The position numbers and the translations under genes are program-made. Shown here piece by piece: positions 7,797 through 16,213 of a stretch of DNA of 30,483 bases. This DNA comes from Actinomycetota bacterium. Lineage in GTDB: Bacteria > Actinomycetota > Thermoleophilia > Gaiellales > Gaiellaceae. Every line of letters starts with the position of its first letter. Within the stretch, counting starts at the first letter, position 1. Below the pieces are notes generated by a model that saw nothing but the letters and a program-made list of their open reading frames with translations, was not told the origin of the DNA and did not search any database. Where the stretch lies: contig JBKPFP010000224.1 in assembly GCA_046744435.1 (NCBI GenBank), positions 1-30,483 of the forward strand, given 5' to 3'.

Positions 7797-7855
7797 GAGA
7801 CCGTCGAGCCGCGGTCCAGCACGCTTATTGCACGGCGATCGACCAAGGAGGAGAC

Positions 7856-8263
7856 TTGTCCGAGAGCTCGCCCGAACCTGACTACGTCACCGCCGCGACC
7901 CTCGAGGCGGATGCGGTCGCCACCCTCCACGACCTGAACGCGCACTACATTCGCGCCTTCGTCGAGGCCGACACGGCGTGGTACAGCGAACACCTCAGCG
8001 ACGACTTCGTCTGCACGCTCGCAGACGGCCGCCGGATCGATAAAGCCGAGTTCCTGCAACGGAATGCGAAAAAGCCGGGAGTCACGAATGTGACTTACGA
8101 CCAGATCGACGTCCGCCTGCTAGGCGACGTGGCGCTCGTCCATGGGGTCACGCACTACCTACGCGACGGCTCGCCGGCATCGACTCGCTACACCGATGTC
8201 TGGTCAGCACGCGAGGGCCGCTGGCAGGCCGTGGCCGCTCAGCTGACCAGCGTGACTCAGTAG
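7856..8263 (+). CDS. NTF2-like/DUF4440 family protein
   Basis: SD AAGGAGG before TTG; LSDDFVCTLADGRRIDKAEFL...VRLLGDVALVHG...RYTDVW...GRWQAVAAQLT. Confidence 0.88.
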   Translation: MSESSPEPDYVTAATLEADAVATLHDLNAHYIRAFVEADTAWYSEHLSDDFVCTLADGRRIDKAEFLQRNAKKPGVTNVTYDQIDVRLLGDVALVHGVTHYLRDGSPASTRYTDVWSAREGRWQAVAAQLTSVTQ

Positions 8264-8818
8264 TTAGGCTGCGAGAGCCTTGAGGTCCTCAACAGCGCCG
8301 TTGAGGAGGTTCTCGCGGAGATCGAACAGCCCCGCCCAGAGCGACGAGCGATTCGGTGCCGAGCGAATCCTCGCAGCCGTCTCCAGGCCCTCCAGCGCCC
8401 GCACGAGGACTGCAAGCTCGAGGTACGCCTGCGTGACCCGGACCGGAGAGGCGATGACGCCTGCACGGCGAAGCACCGGCTCCCACTCGACCAGCTCGGC
8501 ACGGCCGGGCTCGCCGTACCACGACCGGCCTTCGGCGCGGTCGGCCTCGAGCTCGAGCAGGTAGCGGCCCAGCGGCTGCTCGAGGCCGGCGAGGGCCGTC
8601 TCGGCCCGTTCTGCGGCCCGACGAAGTGCTGCTTCGCGCGCGCCGGCGGTCGACGGCTCCGCCTCTCCGCGCGACCAGCGCTCGAGCAGACGGCAGAACG
8701 CGAGCGCCGCCGCGTGGCACGCGCGCAGCTGCGCGACGAGCCGTTGCGCCGTGGCGGGCTCTGCCGCCTCGTCGATCAGGACGTCCGCCCAGCCGGGCTC
8801 TGCGCGTAGCGTGCTCAC
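8264..8818 (-). CDS. all-helical hypothetical protein (184 aa)
   Basis: GTG overlaps the rnj stop (GTGA coupling); protein-like composition from VSTLRAEPGW to LKALAA. Confidence 0.75.
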   Translation of the reverse strand: MSTLRAEPGWADVLIDEAAEPATAQRLVAQLRACHAAALAFCRLLERWSRGEAEPSTAGAREAALRRAAERAETALAGLEQPLGRYLLELEADRAEGRSWYGEPGRAELVEWEPVLRRAGVIASPVRVTQAYLELAVLVRALEGLETAARIRSAPNRSSLWAGLFDLRENLLNGAVEDLKALAA

Positions 8819-10470
8819 ACTTCCACTATGACGGGCAAAATCATCGGGCGCCTCCCCGTTCTGTCGTAGACGAGCTGCCCGAGCGCGTCGTGGAGGTGCT
8901 CCTGGAGGAGCTTGATCTCGGTGATGTCCTGCCGGAGGCAGTCCTCGAGCACCTGCGTGGCCTCCTGCCGCATCTCGTCGAGGAGGGGCTCGACGTCGCC
9001 GAAGCCGCGGGCGATCAGCTCCGGTGGCCCGCTCCGGTCGCCGTTGAGGCTGAGCGTGGCGACGAGGATCAGGATGCCGTCCTCCGAGAGGTGCCGTCGG
9101 TCGCGCAGCGCCACGTCGCGCACGTCGCCCACGCCGAGCCCGTCGACGAACGTGACGCCCGTCTCCACCTCGCCGACGATTCGCGGCGGCCCGCCCTGCT
9201 CCAGCTCGACGACGGACCCGTTCTCGGCGAGCACGATGGAGCTCGCGGGCACGCCGCTCTCGCGCGCCAGTTGGGCGTGTGCGGCCAGCATGCGGAACTC
9301 GCCGTGCACCGGCATGACCCCCTTCGGACGTACGAGCCCGAGGATCGTCCGCAGCTCCTCCGAGTTGCCGTGCCCCGAGACGTGCACGGGCGCGATCTCC
9401 TGGTGCAGCACCTCCGCCCCCGACTTCGCGAGCCGGTTGATCGTGTCGTGGACGCGGAGCTCGTTGCCCGGGACGGGCTTCGCGGACACGATCACGGTAT
9501 CGCCGCGCTCGACGAAGACCGCCGGATGGTCGTTGTAGGCCACTCTGGTCAGGGCCGAAAGCGGCTCGCCCTGGCTGCCGGTGCAGAGGATCAGCACCTC
9601 GTGCGGTGGCAGCTCGGCGAGCTCGGGCGGGCGGATGAACGTGTCGTCGGGCGCTTCGAGGTAGCCGAGGTTGCGCGCGATGTTCAGGTTCTTGCGCATC
9701 GAGCGGCCGATCACGCAGACCTTCCGCCGCGACTCGATCGCCACGTCGACGGCCTGCTGCATGCGGTGGACGTTCGACGCGAAGCAGGCCACGAGGACGC
9801 GCCCCTCGCGGACGGGGATGATCTGGCGAAAGGCCTCCCCGACGAGCCGTTCGGAGCCGGTCACGCCCGGCCGCTCGGCGTTCGTCGAGTCGCCGAGCAA
9901 GAGGTCGACGCCGCGGTTGCCGATCTCCGCGAGCTTGCCGACGTCGGTCTTGAGCCCGTCGATGGGCGTGTGGTCGAGCTTGTAGTCGCCCGTGTGCAGG
10001 ACGCGCCCGGCCTCGCACTCCAGCACGACGGCCACGGTGTCGGGCACGGAGTGGGCCATGCGCACGAACTCGACCTTGAACGGCCCGATCTCGACCGCCC
10101 CGTTCTCGGGCTTCGCCTCTCTCAGCTCGGCCGCATGCAGCAGCCCGTGCTCGTCGAGCTTCGGCTGCACGAGCCCCAGCGTCAGGCGCGTTCCCCAGAC
10201 GTCGCGCACCCGCACCTCGCGGAGCAGGTACGGCAACGCGCCGACGTGGTCCTCGTGCGCGTGCGTGAGCACGACTGCGCGCACGCGGTCGGCGCGGTCG
10301 CGGAGGTACGAAAAGTCCGGGAGGATCAGGTCGACGCCGAGATGCTCGTCCCGCGGGAAGGCGAGCCCCGCGTCGACGACAACGATCTCGCCGCCCGTCT
10401 CGTAGGCGGTCATGTTCTTGCCGACCTCGCCGAGGCCGCCGAGGGGGACGATGCGGAGCGCGTCGCTCAT
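8815..10470 (-). CDS. rnj: ribonuclease J
   Basis: PLGGLGEVGKNM, THAHEDHVG, HTGDYKLD, DSTNAE, GSQGEP, HVSGH, PVHGE. Confidence 0.97.
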   Translation of the reverse strand: MSDALRIVPLGGLGEVGKNMTAYETGGEIVVVDAGLAFPRDEHLGVDLILPDFSYLRDRADRVRAVVLTHAHEDHVGALPYLLREVRVRDVWGTRLTLGLVQPKLDEHGLLHAAELREAKPENGAVEIGPFKVEFVRMAHSVPDTVAVVLECEAGRVLHTGDYKLDHTPIDGLKTDVGKLAEIGNRGVDLLLGDSTNAERPGVTGSERLVGEAFRQIIPVREGRVLVACFASNVHRMQQAVDVAIESRRKVCVIGRSMRKNLNIARNLGYLEAPDDTFIRPPELAELPPHEVLILCTGSQGEPLSALTRVAYNDHPAVFVERGDTVIVSAKPVPGNELRVHDTINRLAKSGAEVLHQEIAPVHVSGHGNSEELRTILGLVRPKGVMPVHGEFRMLAAHAQLARESGVPASSIVLAENGSVVELEQGGPPRIVGEVETGVTFVDGLGVGDVRDVALRDRRHLSEDGILILVATLSLNGDRSGPPELIARGFGDVEPLLDEMRQEATQVLEDCLRQDITEIKLLQEHLHDALGQLVYDRTGRRPMILPVIVEV

Positions 10471-10528
10471 CGGAGGAGATTATCGGTCGTTAAAGCCGCC
10501 CCGTGGCGAGGCCGATTCTCCTCGGGCC

Positions 10529-12415
10529 ATGCCGTTCACGGTCTCACTCGGCACGTCCGCCGCGACGTTCGCCCTTTTCGCCGCCGCGTACATGCTCGCG
10601 GTCGCTCTCCAGCGCTTGGAGGACGAGTCGCTCCCCGAGCCGCTCGAGGGCGAGCGCTTCTCGCTCTCGGCGCCCGTCCACGTGGCGGCGATCCTCGTCG
10701 CCGGGCCCTGGGCCGCGGCCCTCGTTGCCGTCCTCGGCACCCTCGCCGTCCGGCCCTTCCGGCACGACGGGCCCCGCGCGCTGATCGCACGCTCCGCCGG
10801 GCTCGCCGCCGCCGCGCTCGGCGCCGGTTACGCCTTCGAGCTCTCGGGCGGCGTCGTAGGCACCCTGCGCCTGCCGGAGGACGTGCTGCCCGTCGTGCTC
10901 GCCGGCTTCGTCTACTGGACCGCGCGCACCGTGCTCGACGGCCTGCTGAAGGAGCACGCGGCGGTCAATCCGGACTTCCTCGTCGGCACGGCCGAGATCG
11001 GGCTCGGGCTCGTGCTGGCGTACGCCGCTGCCGAGGAGCTCTGGCTCGCCGCCGCGCTCGTCCCCATCCTGCTGCTGCTCGACCGGCTCTACGGCCGGGT
11101 GACGATCCTGCGCCGCGAGACGGCCTCTGCGCTCGAGACGTTCGCGAACATCGTCGACGAGCGCGACAAGTCGACGCACGGCCACTCTCTGCGCGTCGCA
11201 GCGTACGTGCGCGACCTCGCCCGCGGTGTCGGCCTGCCCGCGACGGAGGTCAGGAGGCTCTGGTGGGCCGGGCGGCTGCACGACCTCGGCAAGGTCGCCG
11301 TCGACTCGGTCGTCCTCCGCAAGCCGGGAAAGCTGAGCCCCACCGAATGGGGCGCGGTCTGGCGCGCGCCGCGGCTCTCCGCCCGGCTCCTGCAGCGCTT
11401 CCGGTTCGCGGCGCAGCAGGCCCAGGCGGTCGAGTACCACCGCGAGCGCTACAACGGTTCGGGCTACTACCGCGCCCTGCCCGAGGACATCCCGCTCGCG
11501 GCCCACTTCCTGATCGTGGCCGACAGCTTCGACGCGATGACCAGCCATCGCGCCTTCCGCGAGCCGCTCAGCGAGGAGGCGGCTCTCCGCGAGCTCGAGG
11601 AGGGCAGCGGCACGCAGTTTCACCCGGTAGTCGCGAAGGCGTTCATCGCCGTTCGCCGCGGCGAAAACCCCGCTTCCATGCTCGCGCCCGAGGAGCTCTC
11701 GTCCCTGCGCGATGCGGCGCACCCGACGCGGATCGTCTTCCCACGCGCGGTCGGCGAGCTCCGCCGGCGGCACGAGCTGTTCCTGCTCGGTGGCGGGATC
11801 GCGCTGCTGGCCGGGCTGGGCGCCGAGGTCCAGGAGCTCGCCGCCGCCGGGACGGCAGCGGTGCTCTGGGGCGTGAAGATGTGGCTCGGACGCCGCCTGG
11901 GGATGCGGCGCTCGGCCACCGCCCTCGATCGCGCTCTCGCAGACGGCGGCGACCCCGAGCGGCTCTTCGAGGGCTTCGTCGCGGCCGTCGAGCGCAGCTG
12001 GCGCGGCCTCTCCTACGCGGCGCTCGTCGCCTGGGAGGAGGACGGCTCCGGCGGCTACGTCTACCTGGAGCGGGGCGAGACTGGCATCTCCGAGCCGGTA
12101 CTCGTCAGCTGGCTCCTGCGCGAGGCGGAGTCGGGCTCCGAGATCGTGCTCGACACGGGAGCGGAGCTTCCGGGCGGGCACGTATCGCTCGCACTGCCGC
12201 TGCGCCGCGAGAACAGCGCTCTCGTCGGCTTCGTCGTCCTGCGTGGCTCGGAGCGACCTCCGGCGCACCTGCCCACGGCCCTCGTCGGTCGGGTCGACAG
12301 GCTCGTCCCCGCAGTCACCGCGGCCGAGCGTCCGCAGCTGGGGGTGACGGTCGCGAAGCCGGAGGAGCGGCTAGACCCGCGCCCCGGCCAGGAGGCCGGC
12401 GCGCTCGAGGCCTGA
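10529..12415 (+). CDS. membrane protein with degenerate HD-GYP domain and GAF-like C-terminus
   Basis: Multi-TM N-terminus; RDKSTHGHSLRV, LHDLGK, YHRERYNGSGYY, ADSFDAM; two further TM segments; PLRRE...LVGFVVL tail. Confidence 0.85.
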   Translation: MPFTVSLGTSAATFALFAAAYMLAVALQRLEDESLPEPLEGERFSLSAPVHVAAILVAGPWAAALVAVLGTLAVRPFRHDGPRALIARSAGLAAAALGAGYAFELSGGVVGTLRLPEDVLPVVLAGFVYWTARTVLDGLLKEHAAVNPDFLVGTAEIGLGLVLAYAAAEELWLAAALVPILLLLDRLYGRVTILRRETASALETFANIVDERDKSTHGHSLRVAAYVRDLARGVGLPATEVRRLWWAGRLHDLGKVAVDSVVLRKPGKLSPTEWGAVWRAPRLSARLLQRFRFAAQQAQAVEYHRERYNGSGYYRALPEDIPLAAHFLIVADSFDAMTSHRAFREPLSEEAALRELEEGSGTQFHPVVAKAFIAVRRGENPASMLAPEELSSLRDAAHPTRIVFPRAVGELRRRHELFLLGGGIALLAGLGAEVQELAAAGTAAVLWGVKMWLGRRLGMRRSATALDRALADGGDPERLFEGFVAAVERSWRGLSYAALVAWEEDGSGGYVYLERGETGISEPVLVSWLLREAESGSEIVLDTGAELPGGHVSLALPLRRENSALVGFVVLRGSERPPAHLPTALVGRVDRLVPAVTAAERPQLGVTVAKPEERLDPRPGQEAGALEA

Positions 12416-13255
12416 GCGGATCTCGGTCAGCTCGGCGTCGGTCGGCTCGACGAGCGGCAGGCGGTACCCGCCGACGTCCTGGCCGAGCAGGCGCAGGGCC
12501 GCCTTGACCGGAATCGGGTTGATCGTCACCGCGCACGCGTCGACGACCGGCTTCAGCTCCTCGTCGATCGCCCGGGCGCCCTCGGTGTCGCCCTCGCGGT
12601 AGAGCCTGACCATCTCCTTCACGCTTGGCCCCACGAGGTGCGTGTAGACGCACACGCCGCCGACCCCGCCGACCTCGAGGAACGGGTGGACGAGATGGTC
12701 GCTGCCCGCATAGAGGTCGAGGTCGGTCTCGGCGGTGATGCGCCGCGCCTGCTCGAGGTCCTCGGTCGCCTGCTTGACGGCCTTCACGGTCGGGATCTCG
12801 GCCAGCTCGACGATCGTCTCCGGCTCGAGGTTGACGACCACGCGCTGCGGGATGTTGTAGACGATGATCGGCTTGTCGCTGGCGGCGCCGATCGCCTTGA
12901 AGTGCTCGACGATCCCGCGCGGGGGCGGCTTGTTGTAGTACGGCGTGACGGCCAGGAAGCCGTCCACGCCGAGCTCGTGCGCCCGCTCCGTGAGGTGCGC
13001 CGAGTGGGCGGTCGAGTACGTGCCCGTGCTGCCGATCACGGTCGCCCGGTCGCCGACTGCCTCGACGGCCGCCGCGAAGAGCTCAAAGCGCTCGTCGTCC
13101 GTGATCGTCGGCGACTCGCCCGTGGTCGCTGCGACGACGAGGCCGTCGGAGCCGTTCTCGACGAGATGCGCCGCCAATGCGCGGAAGCGCTCGTAGTCGA
13201 CCGAGCCGTCCTCGCGGAACGGCGTCACGATCGCCGTCAGGACCTCGCCGAGCAC
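12371..13255 (-). CDS. dapA: 4-hydroxy-tetrahydrodipicolinate synthase
   Basis: TAIVTPF, ATTGES, VTPYYNKP, YNIP, catalytic Lys in AVKQA, NPIPVK. Start is GTG 13255 or ATG 13264. Confidence 0.95.
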   Translation of the reverse strand: MLGEVLTAIVTPFREDGSVDYERFRALAAHLVENGSDGLVVAATTGESPTITDDERFELFAAAVEAVGDRATVIGSTGTYSTAHSAHLTERAHELGVDGFLAVTPYYNKPPPRGIVEHFKAIGAASDKPIIVYNIPQRVVVNLEPETIVELAEIPTVKAVKQATEDLEQARRITAETDLDLYAGSDHLVHPFLEVGGVGGVCVYTHLVGPSVKEMVRLYREGDTEGARAIDEELKPVVDACAVTINPIPVKAALRLLGQDVGGYRLPLVEPTDAELTEIRSGLERAGLLAGARV

Positions 13256-13265
13256 CCCAGACATC

Positions 13266-13763
13266 CTATTCCAGAGCGGCGGCAAAAGCCCTGTTCGTGT
13301 CCTCGCCGAAGACCGCGAAGACGACCTTCTCGAGCTGCGCGGGCTCGTAGGCGCGCGCGGCTACGACCATCAGGCGCGCGCAGTCCTCGAGCGGAAAGCC
13401 GCCGACGCCGGTGCCGAACGCGGGCAGCGCGAGCGATTTGCAGCCCAGCTCGTCGGCGACCTCGAGGCAGCGCCGCGTCGTGCGCTCGATCAGCTCCGAG
13501 CTCGTGCGCAGGTCCTGGCCCATGACGGCGCCGTGGATGACGTGCCGTGCCTTGAGCCGGCCCGCCCCGGTCGCGACCGCGTCGCCGATCTCGATCGGCC
13601 CCTTGGCGACAGCCTCGCGCTCGATCTCCTCTCCCCCGCTCCGCTTGATCGCCCCCGCGACGCCGGCGCCCATCCAGAGCTCGTTGTTCGCCGCGTTCGC
13701 GATCGCGTCGACATCCAGCGACGTGATGTCGCCCTCGACGACCTCGAGCTCGAGCTCAGGCAA
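13266..13763 (-). CDS. macrodomain protein (ADP-ribose glycohydrolase-like)
   Basis: GDIT..DVDAIANAAN...GAGVAGAI, VIHGAV, PAFGTGVGGFP. Confidence 0.92.
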   Translation of the reverse strand: MPELELEVVEGDITSLDVDAIANAANNELWMGAGVAGAIKRSGGEEIEREAVAKGPIEIGDAVATGAGRLKARHVIHGAVMGQDLRTSSELIERTTRRCLEVADELGCKSLALPAFGTGVGGFPLEDCARLMVVAARAYEPAQLEKVVFAVFGEDTNRAFAAALE

Positions 13764-14292
13764 ACGCTTTCCCCATCACGACGAACGGAGGGTAACCGTG
13801 GCCGAAGTCGAGCTCGTCGACGATCACCTGCCAGCCGCAGCCCCGGTAGAGCGCGAGCGCCGGCTCGTTTTCCTGCTCGGTGCTCAGCACCGCGGTCGGC
13901 GCGTCGAGCCGGGCGAGCAGCTCGTCGTGGAGCCGCCGCCCGAGCCCGCGGCGCCTGAGATCCGGCCGCACGCCGAGCTCGACGAGCTCGAAGTGCCCCG
14001 GCACGAGCCAGCGGGCTGCGCCGTCAGGGCCGAGCGCTGTCGCCACGTGGTCGTGCCACCACTCGCCGGGGCCGCCGCGGTAGCCGTAGGTGAACCCGGC
14101 CAGCCTCCCCTCTCCGTCACGCGCGGCGAGGAAGCGGAAGCCGCGTCTCCCTGCGTGTCGGGGCAGGATCTCGGCGAGGCGCTCGTCCGTCGTCGCCGGG
14201 AAGACGAGCCGCCAGAGCTCCTCGATGTCCTGCCGGTGCGGCCCGAGGACTGCGGGCGCGTCGAGCTCAGCGATCTCGATCGAGGAGCGCAT
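13756..14292 (-). CDS. GNAT N-acetyltransferase
   Basis: ELGVRPDLRRRGLGRRL acetyl-CoA motif and NEPALALYRGCGW; ATG at 14292. Confidence 0.88.
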   Translation of the reverse strand: MRSSIEIAELDAPAVLGPHRQDIEELWRLVFPATTDERLAEILPRHAGRRGFRFLAARDGEGRLAGFTYGYRGGPGEWWHDHVATALGPDGAARWLVPGHFELVELGVRPDLRRRGLGRRLHDELLARLDAPTAVLSTEQENEPALALYRGCGWQVIVDELDFGHGYPPFVVMGKAFA

Positions 14293-14917
14293 CGAGGCCG
14301 ACCGTGAGGCCGGGCGGGAGCGACGAGAGCTTCTCCAGCGCGAGCAGCACGCCCGGGACATAGGCCTCGCGCGAGAACGCGTCGTGGCGGATCGTGAGCA
14401 TCCCGCCGTCCTCGCCGAAGAGCACCTCCTGGTGCGCGACGAGCCCGGGGAGCCGCACCGAGTGGATCGAGACGGCGCCGCTCATGCGCTCCGCCGTCGC
14501 CTTCGCCGTTCCCGAGGGCGCGTCGTGCTTCGACTCGTGGTGCAGCTCGACGATCTCGCTGCGGGGCAGGACGCGGGCGGCCTCCGCGGCGAAGCGCATC
14601 ATCAGGACGGCGCCCACGGAGAAGTTGGGCGCCACGAATAGAGGCACGTTCTGCTCCCGCGCGAGGTCGCCGAGGGCATCGAGCTCTTCCCGGCCGAGGC
14701 CCGAGGTGCCGACGACGCCGGCGACGCCCTGCTCGAGGCAGCGGCGCACGGTCACGTAGACGACGTCTGGCCGCGTGAAGTTGATCGCCGCTTCGTGGCC
14801 GGCGACCTCGAGGCGGTCGTCCCGCCCGATCGGCGTCACCTCGTGCCCCGCCTCCTGGAGCGCTGGGCGCAGGACGCGCCCGACCTTGCCGTACGCGCCG
14901 ACTAGCGCAAGTCTCAT
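14267..14917 (-). CDS. dapB: 4-hydroxy-tetrahydrodipicolinate reductase
   Basis: GAYGKVG, VVGTSG, APNFSVG, ELHHESKHDAPSGTA, HSVRLPG, HQEV; ATGA overlap with the M16 stop. Confidence 0.94.
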   Translation of the reverse strand: MRLALVGAYGKVGRVLRPALQEAGHEVTPIGRDDRLEVAGHEAAINFTRPDVVYVTVRRCLEQGVAGVVGTSGLGREELDALGDLAREQNVPLFVAPNFSVGAVLMMRFAAEAARVLPRSEIVELHHESKHDAPSGTAKATAERMSGAVSIHSVRLPGLVAHQEVLFGEDGGMLTIRHDAFSREAYVPGVLLALEKLSSLPPGLTVGLDALLDRDR

Positions 14918-16212
14918 GCCGCGGCGGCGCGCGCGGCGAGCGAGGGGTCGATGCGGCGCACCGCTTCGCGGAAGCGGCCCTCGCTGGGCCCGATCCCCGC
15001 TGCGGACAGCCGCTCGGGGGCGAGCAACATGCCTGCCAGCTCCGCGACGGCGTCGCTCGTGACCGCGTCGACCTCGGCGACGATCCGGTCGAGCGACAGC
15101 AGCTCCGTGTCGGTGATCAGCGACTTGCCGAGGCGACTCATCCGGTTCGAGGTCGCCTCCATCGAGAGCAGGATGCGGCCCTTGAGGTTCTCCTTCGCCC
15201 GCTCGAGCTCCGAGTCGGAGATGTTGCCCGCCGCCACGTCCGCGATCTCCGCCATCGCGATCTCGAGGCACGCGCCCAGGTTCTCCTCGCGCGTCCCGAC
15301 GTAGAAGCCGGTCAGGCCCGTGTCGGTGTACTGCGTGCCGAACGTGTAGACCGCGTACGCGAGCCCGCGCTTCTCGCGGATCTCCTGGAAGAGGCGGGAC
15401 GACGCCGACCCTCCGAGCATGCTGTCGAGCAACGAGGCGGCGAAGCGGCGGCGGTCCGAGCGCGCGATGCCGGGCGCGCCGAGGCACACGTGGTACTGCT
15501 CGGTCTTCTTGCGCTGGAAGCGCACGGTCGGCGGCGGCGCCTTGACGAGCGGCGAGCGCACCTGCGGGCCGCCGGTTCCGGAGCCGTCCTGCTTCGCCTC
15601 CGCGCGCTCGAGCAGCTCGAGCAGCTCTTCGTGGCGGACGTTCCCGGCGGCGGCGAAGACGATGTTCCCGGGCGAGTACATGCGCCGGTGGTAGGTCGTG
15701 AGCGTGCGGCGCCCGACCGTCGAGATCACGTCCGCGCTGCCGAGGATCGGCCGCCCGAGCGGGTGATCGCCGAAGACGGCCTGCGAGAAGAGGTCGTGCA
15801 CAAGCTCGTGCGGCGTGTCCTCGTACATCGCGATCTCCTCGAGGACGACCTCGCGCTCGGAGTCGATGTCGGCGAAGAGCGGCGCGTAGACCATGTCGCT
15901 CATCACGTCGAGCGCCCGCTCGAGGTGGTGGTCGGCGACGCGCACGTAGACGACGGTGTGCTCGCGAGATGTGGCCGCGTTCAACTCCCCGCCGAGGGCG
16001 TCGAAGGTCTCGGCGATCTCCTGCGCGCTGTACGACTGCGTGCCCTTGAAGAGCAGGTGCTCGAGGAAGTGCGAGACGCCGGAGCGGGCCGGCGTCTCGT
16101 CACGTGAGCCCGCTCCGATCCAGAAGCCGAGCGCGACCGAGCGCACGCTCGCGAGGCGCTCCGTGATCACCCGGAGGCCCGAGTCGAGCTCGGAGAGAAC
16201 GTACTTCTGCAG
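14914..16212 (-). CDS. M16 family zinc metallopeptidase (pitrilysin-like)
   Basis: HFLEH inverted zincin motif, GGELNAATSREHT, SSRLFQEIREKRGLAY. Start uncertain: CTG at 16212 or an upstream GTG. Confidence 0.92.
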   Translation of the reverse strand: MQKYVLSELDSGLRVITERLASVRSVALGFWIGAGSRDETPARSGVSHFLEHLLFKGTQSYSAQEIAETFDALGGELNAATSREHTVVYVRVADHHLERALDVMSDMVYAPLFADIDSEREVVLEEIAMYEDTPHELVHDLFSQAVFGDHPLGRPILGSADVISTVGRRTLTTYHRRMYSPGNIVFAAAGNVRHEELLELLERAEAKQDGSGTGGPQVRSPLVKAPPPTVRFQRKKTEQYHVCLGAPGIARSDRRRFAASLLDSMLGGSASSRLFQEIREKRGLAYAVYTFGTQYTDTGLTGFYVGTREENLGACLEIAMAEIADVAAGNISDSELERAKENLKGRILLSMEATSNRMSRLGKSLITDTELLSLDRIVAEVDAVTSDAVAELAGMLLAPERLSAAGIGPSEGRFREAVRRIDPSLAARAAAA

Positions 16213-16213
16213 C

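Noticed and set aside
8626-12507. 1293-aa plus-strand ORF, and similar long ORFs at 15956-18682 and 27871-29295
   Set aside because: Antisense or alternative-frame shadows of rnj/HD-GYP, pnp and infB. GC-rich codon bias removes stops, and there are no protein motifs.
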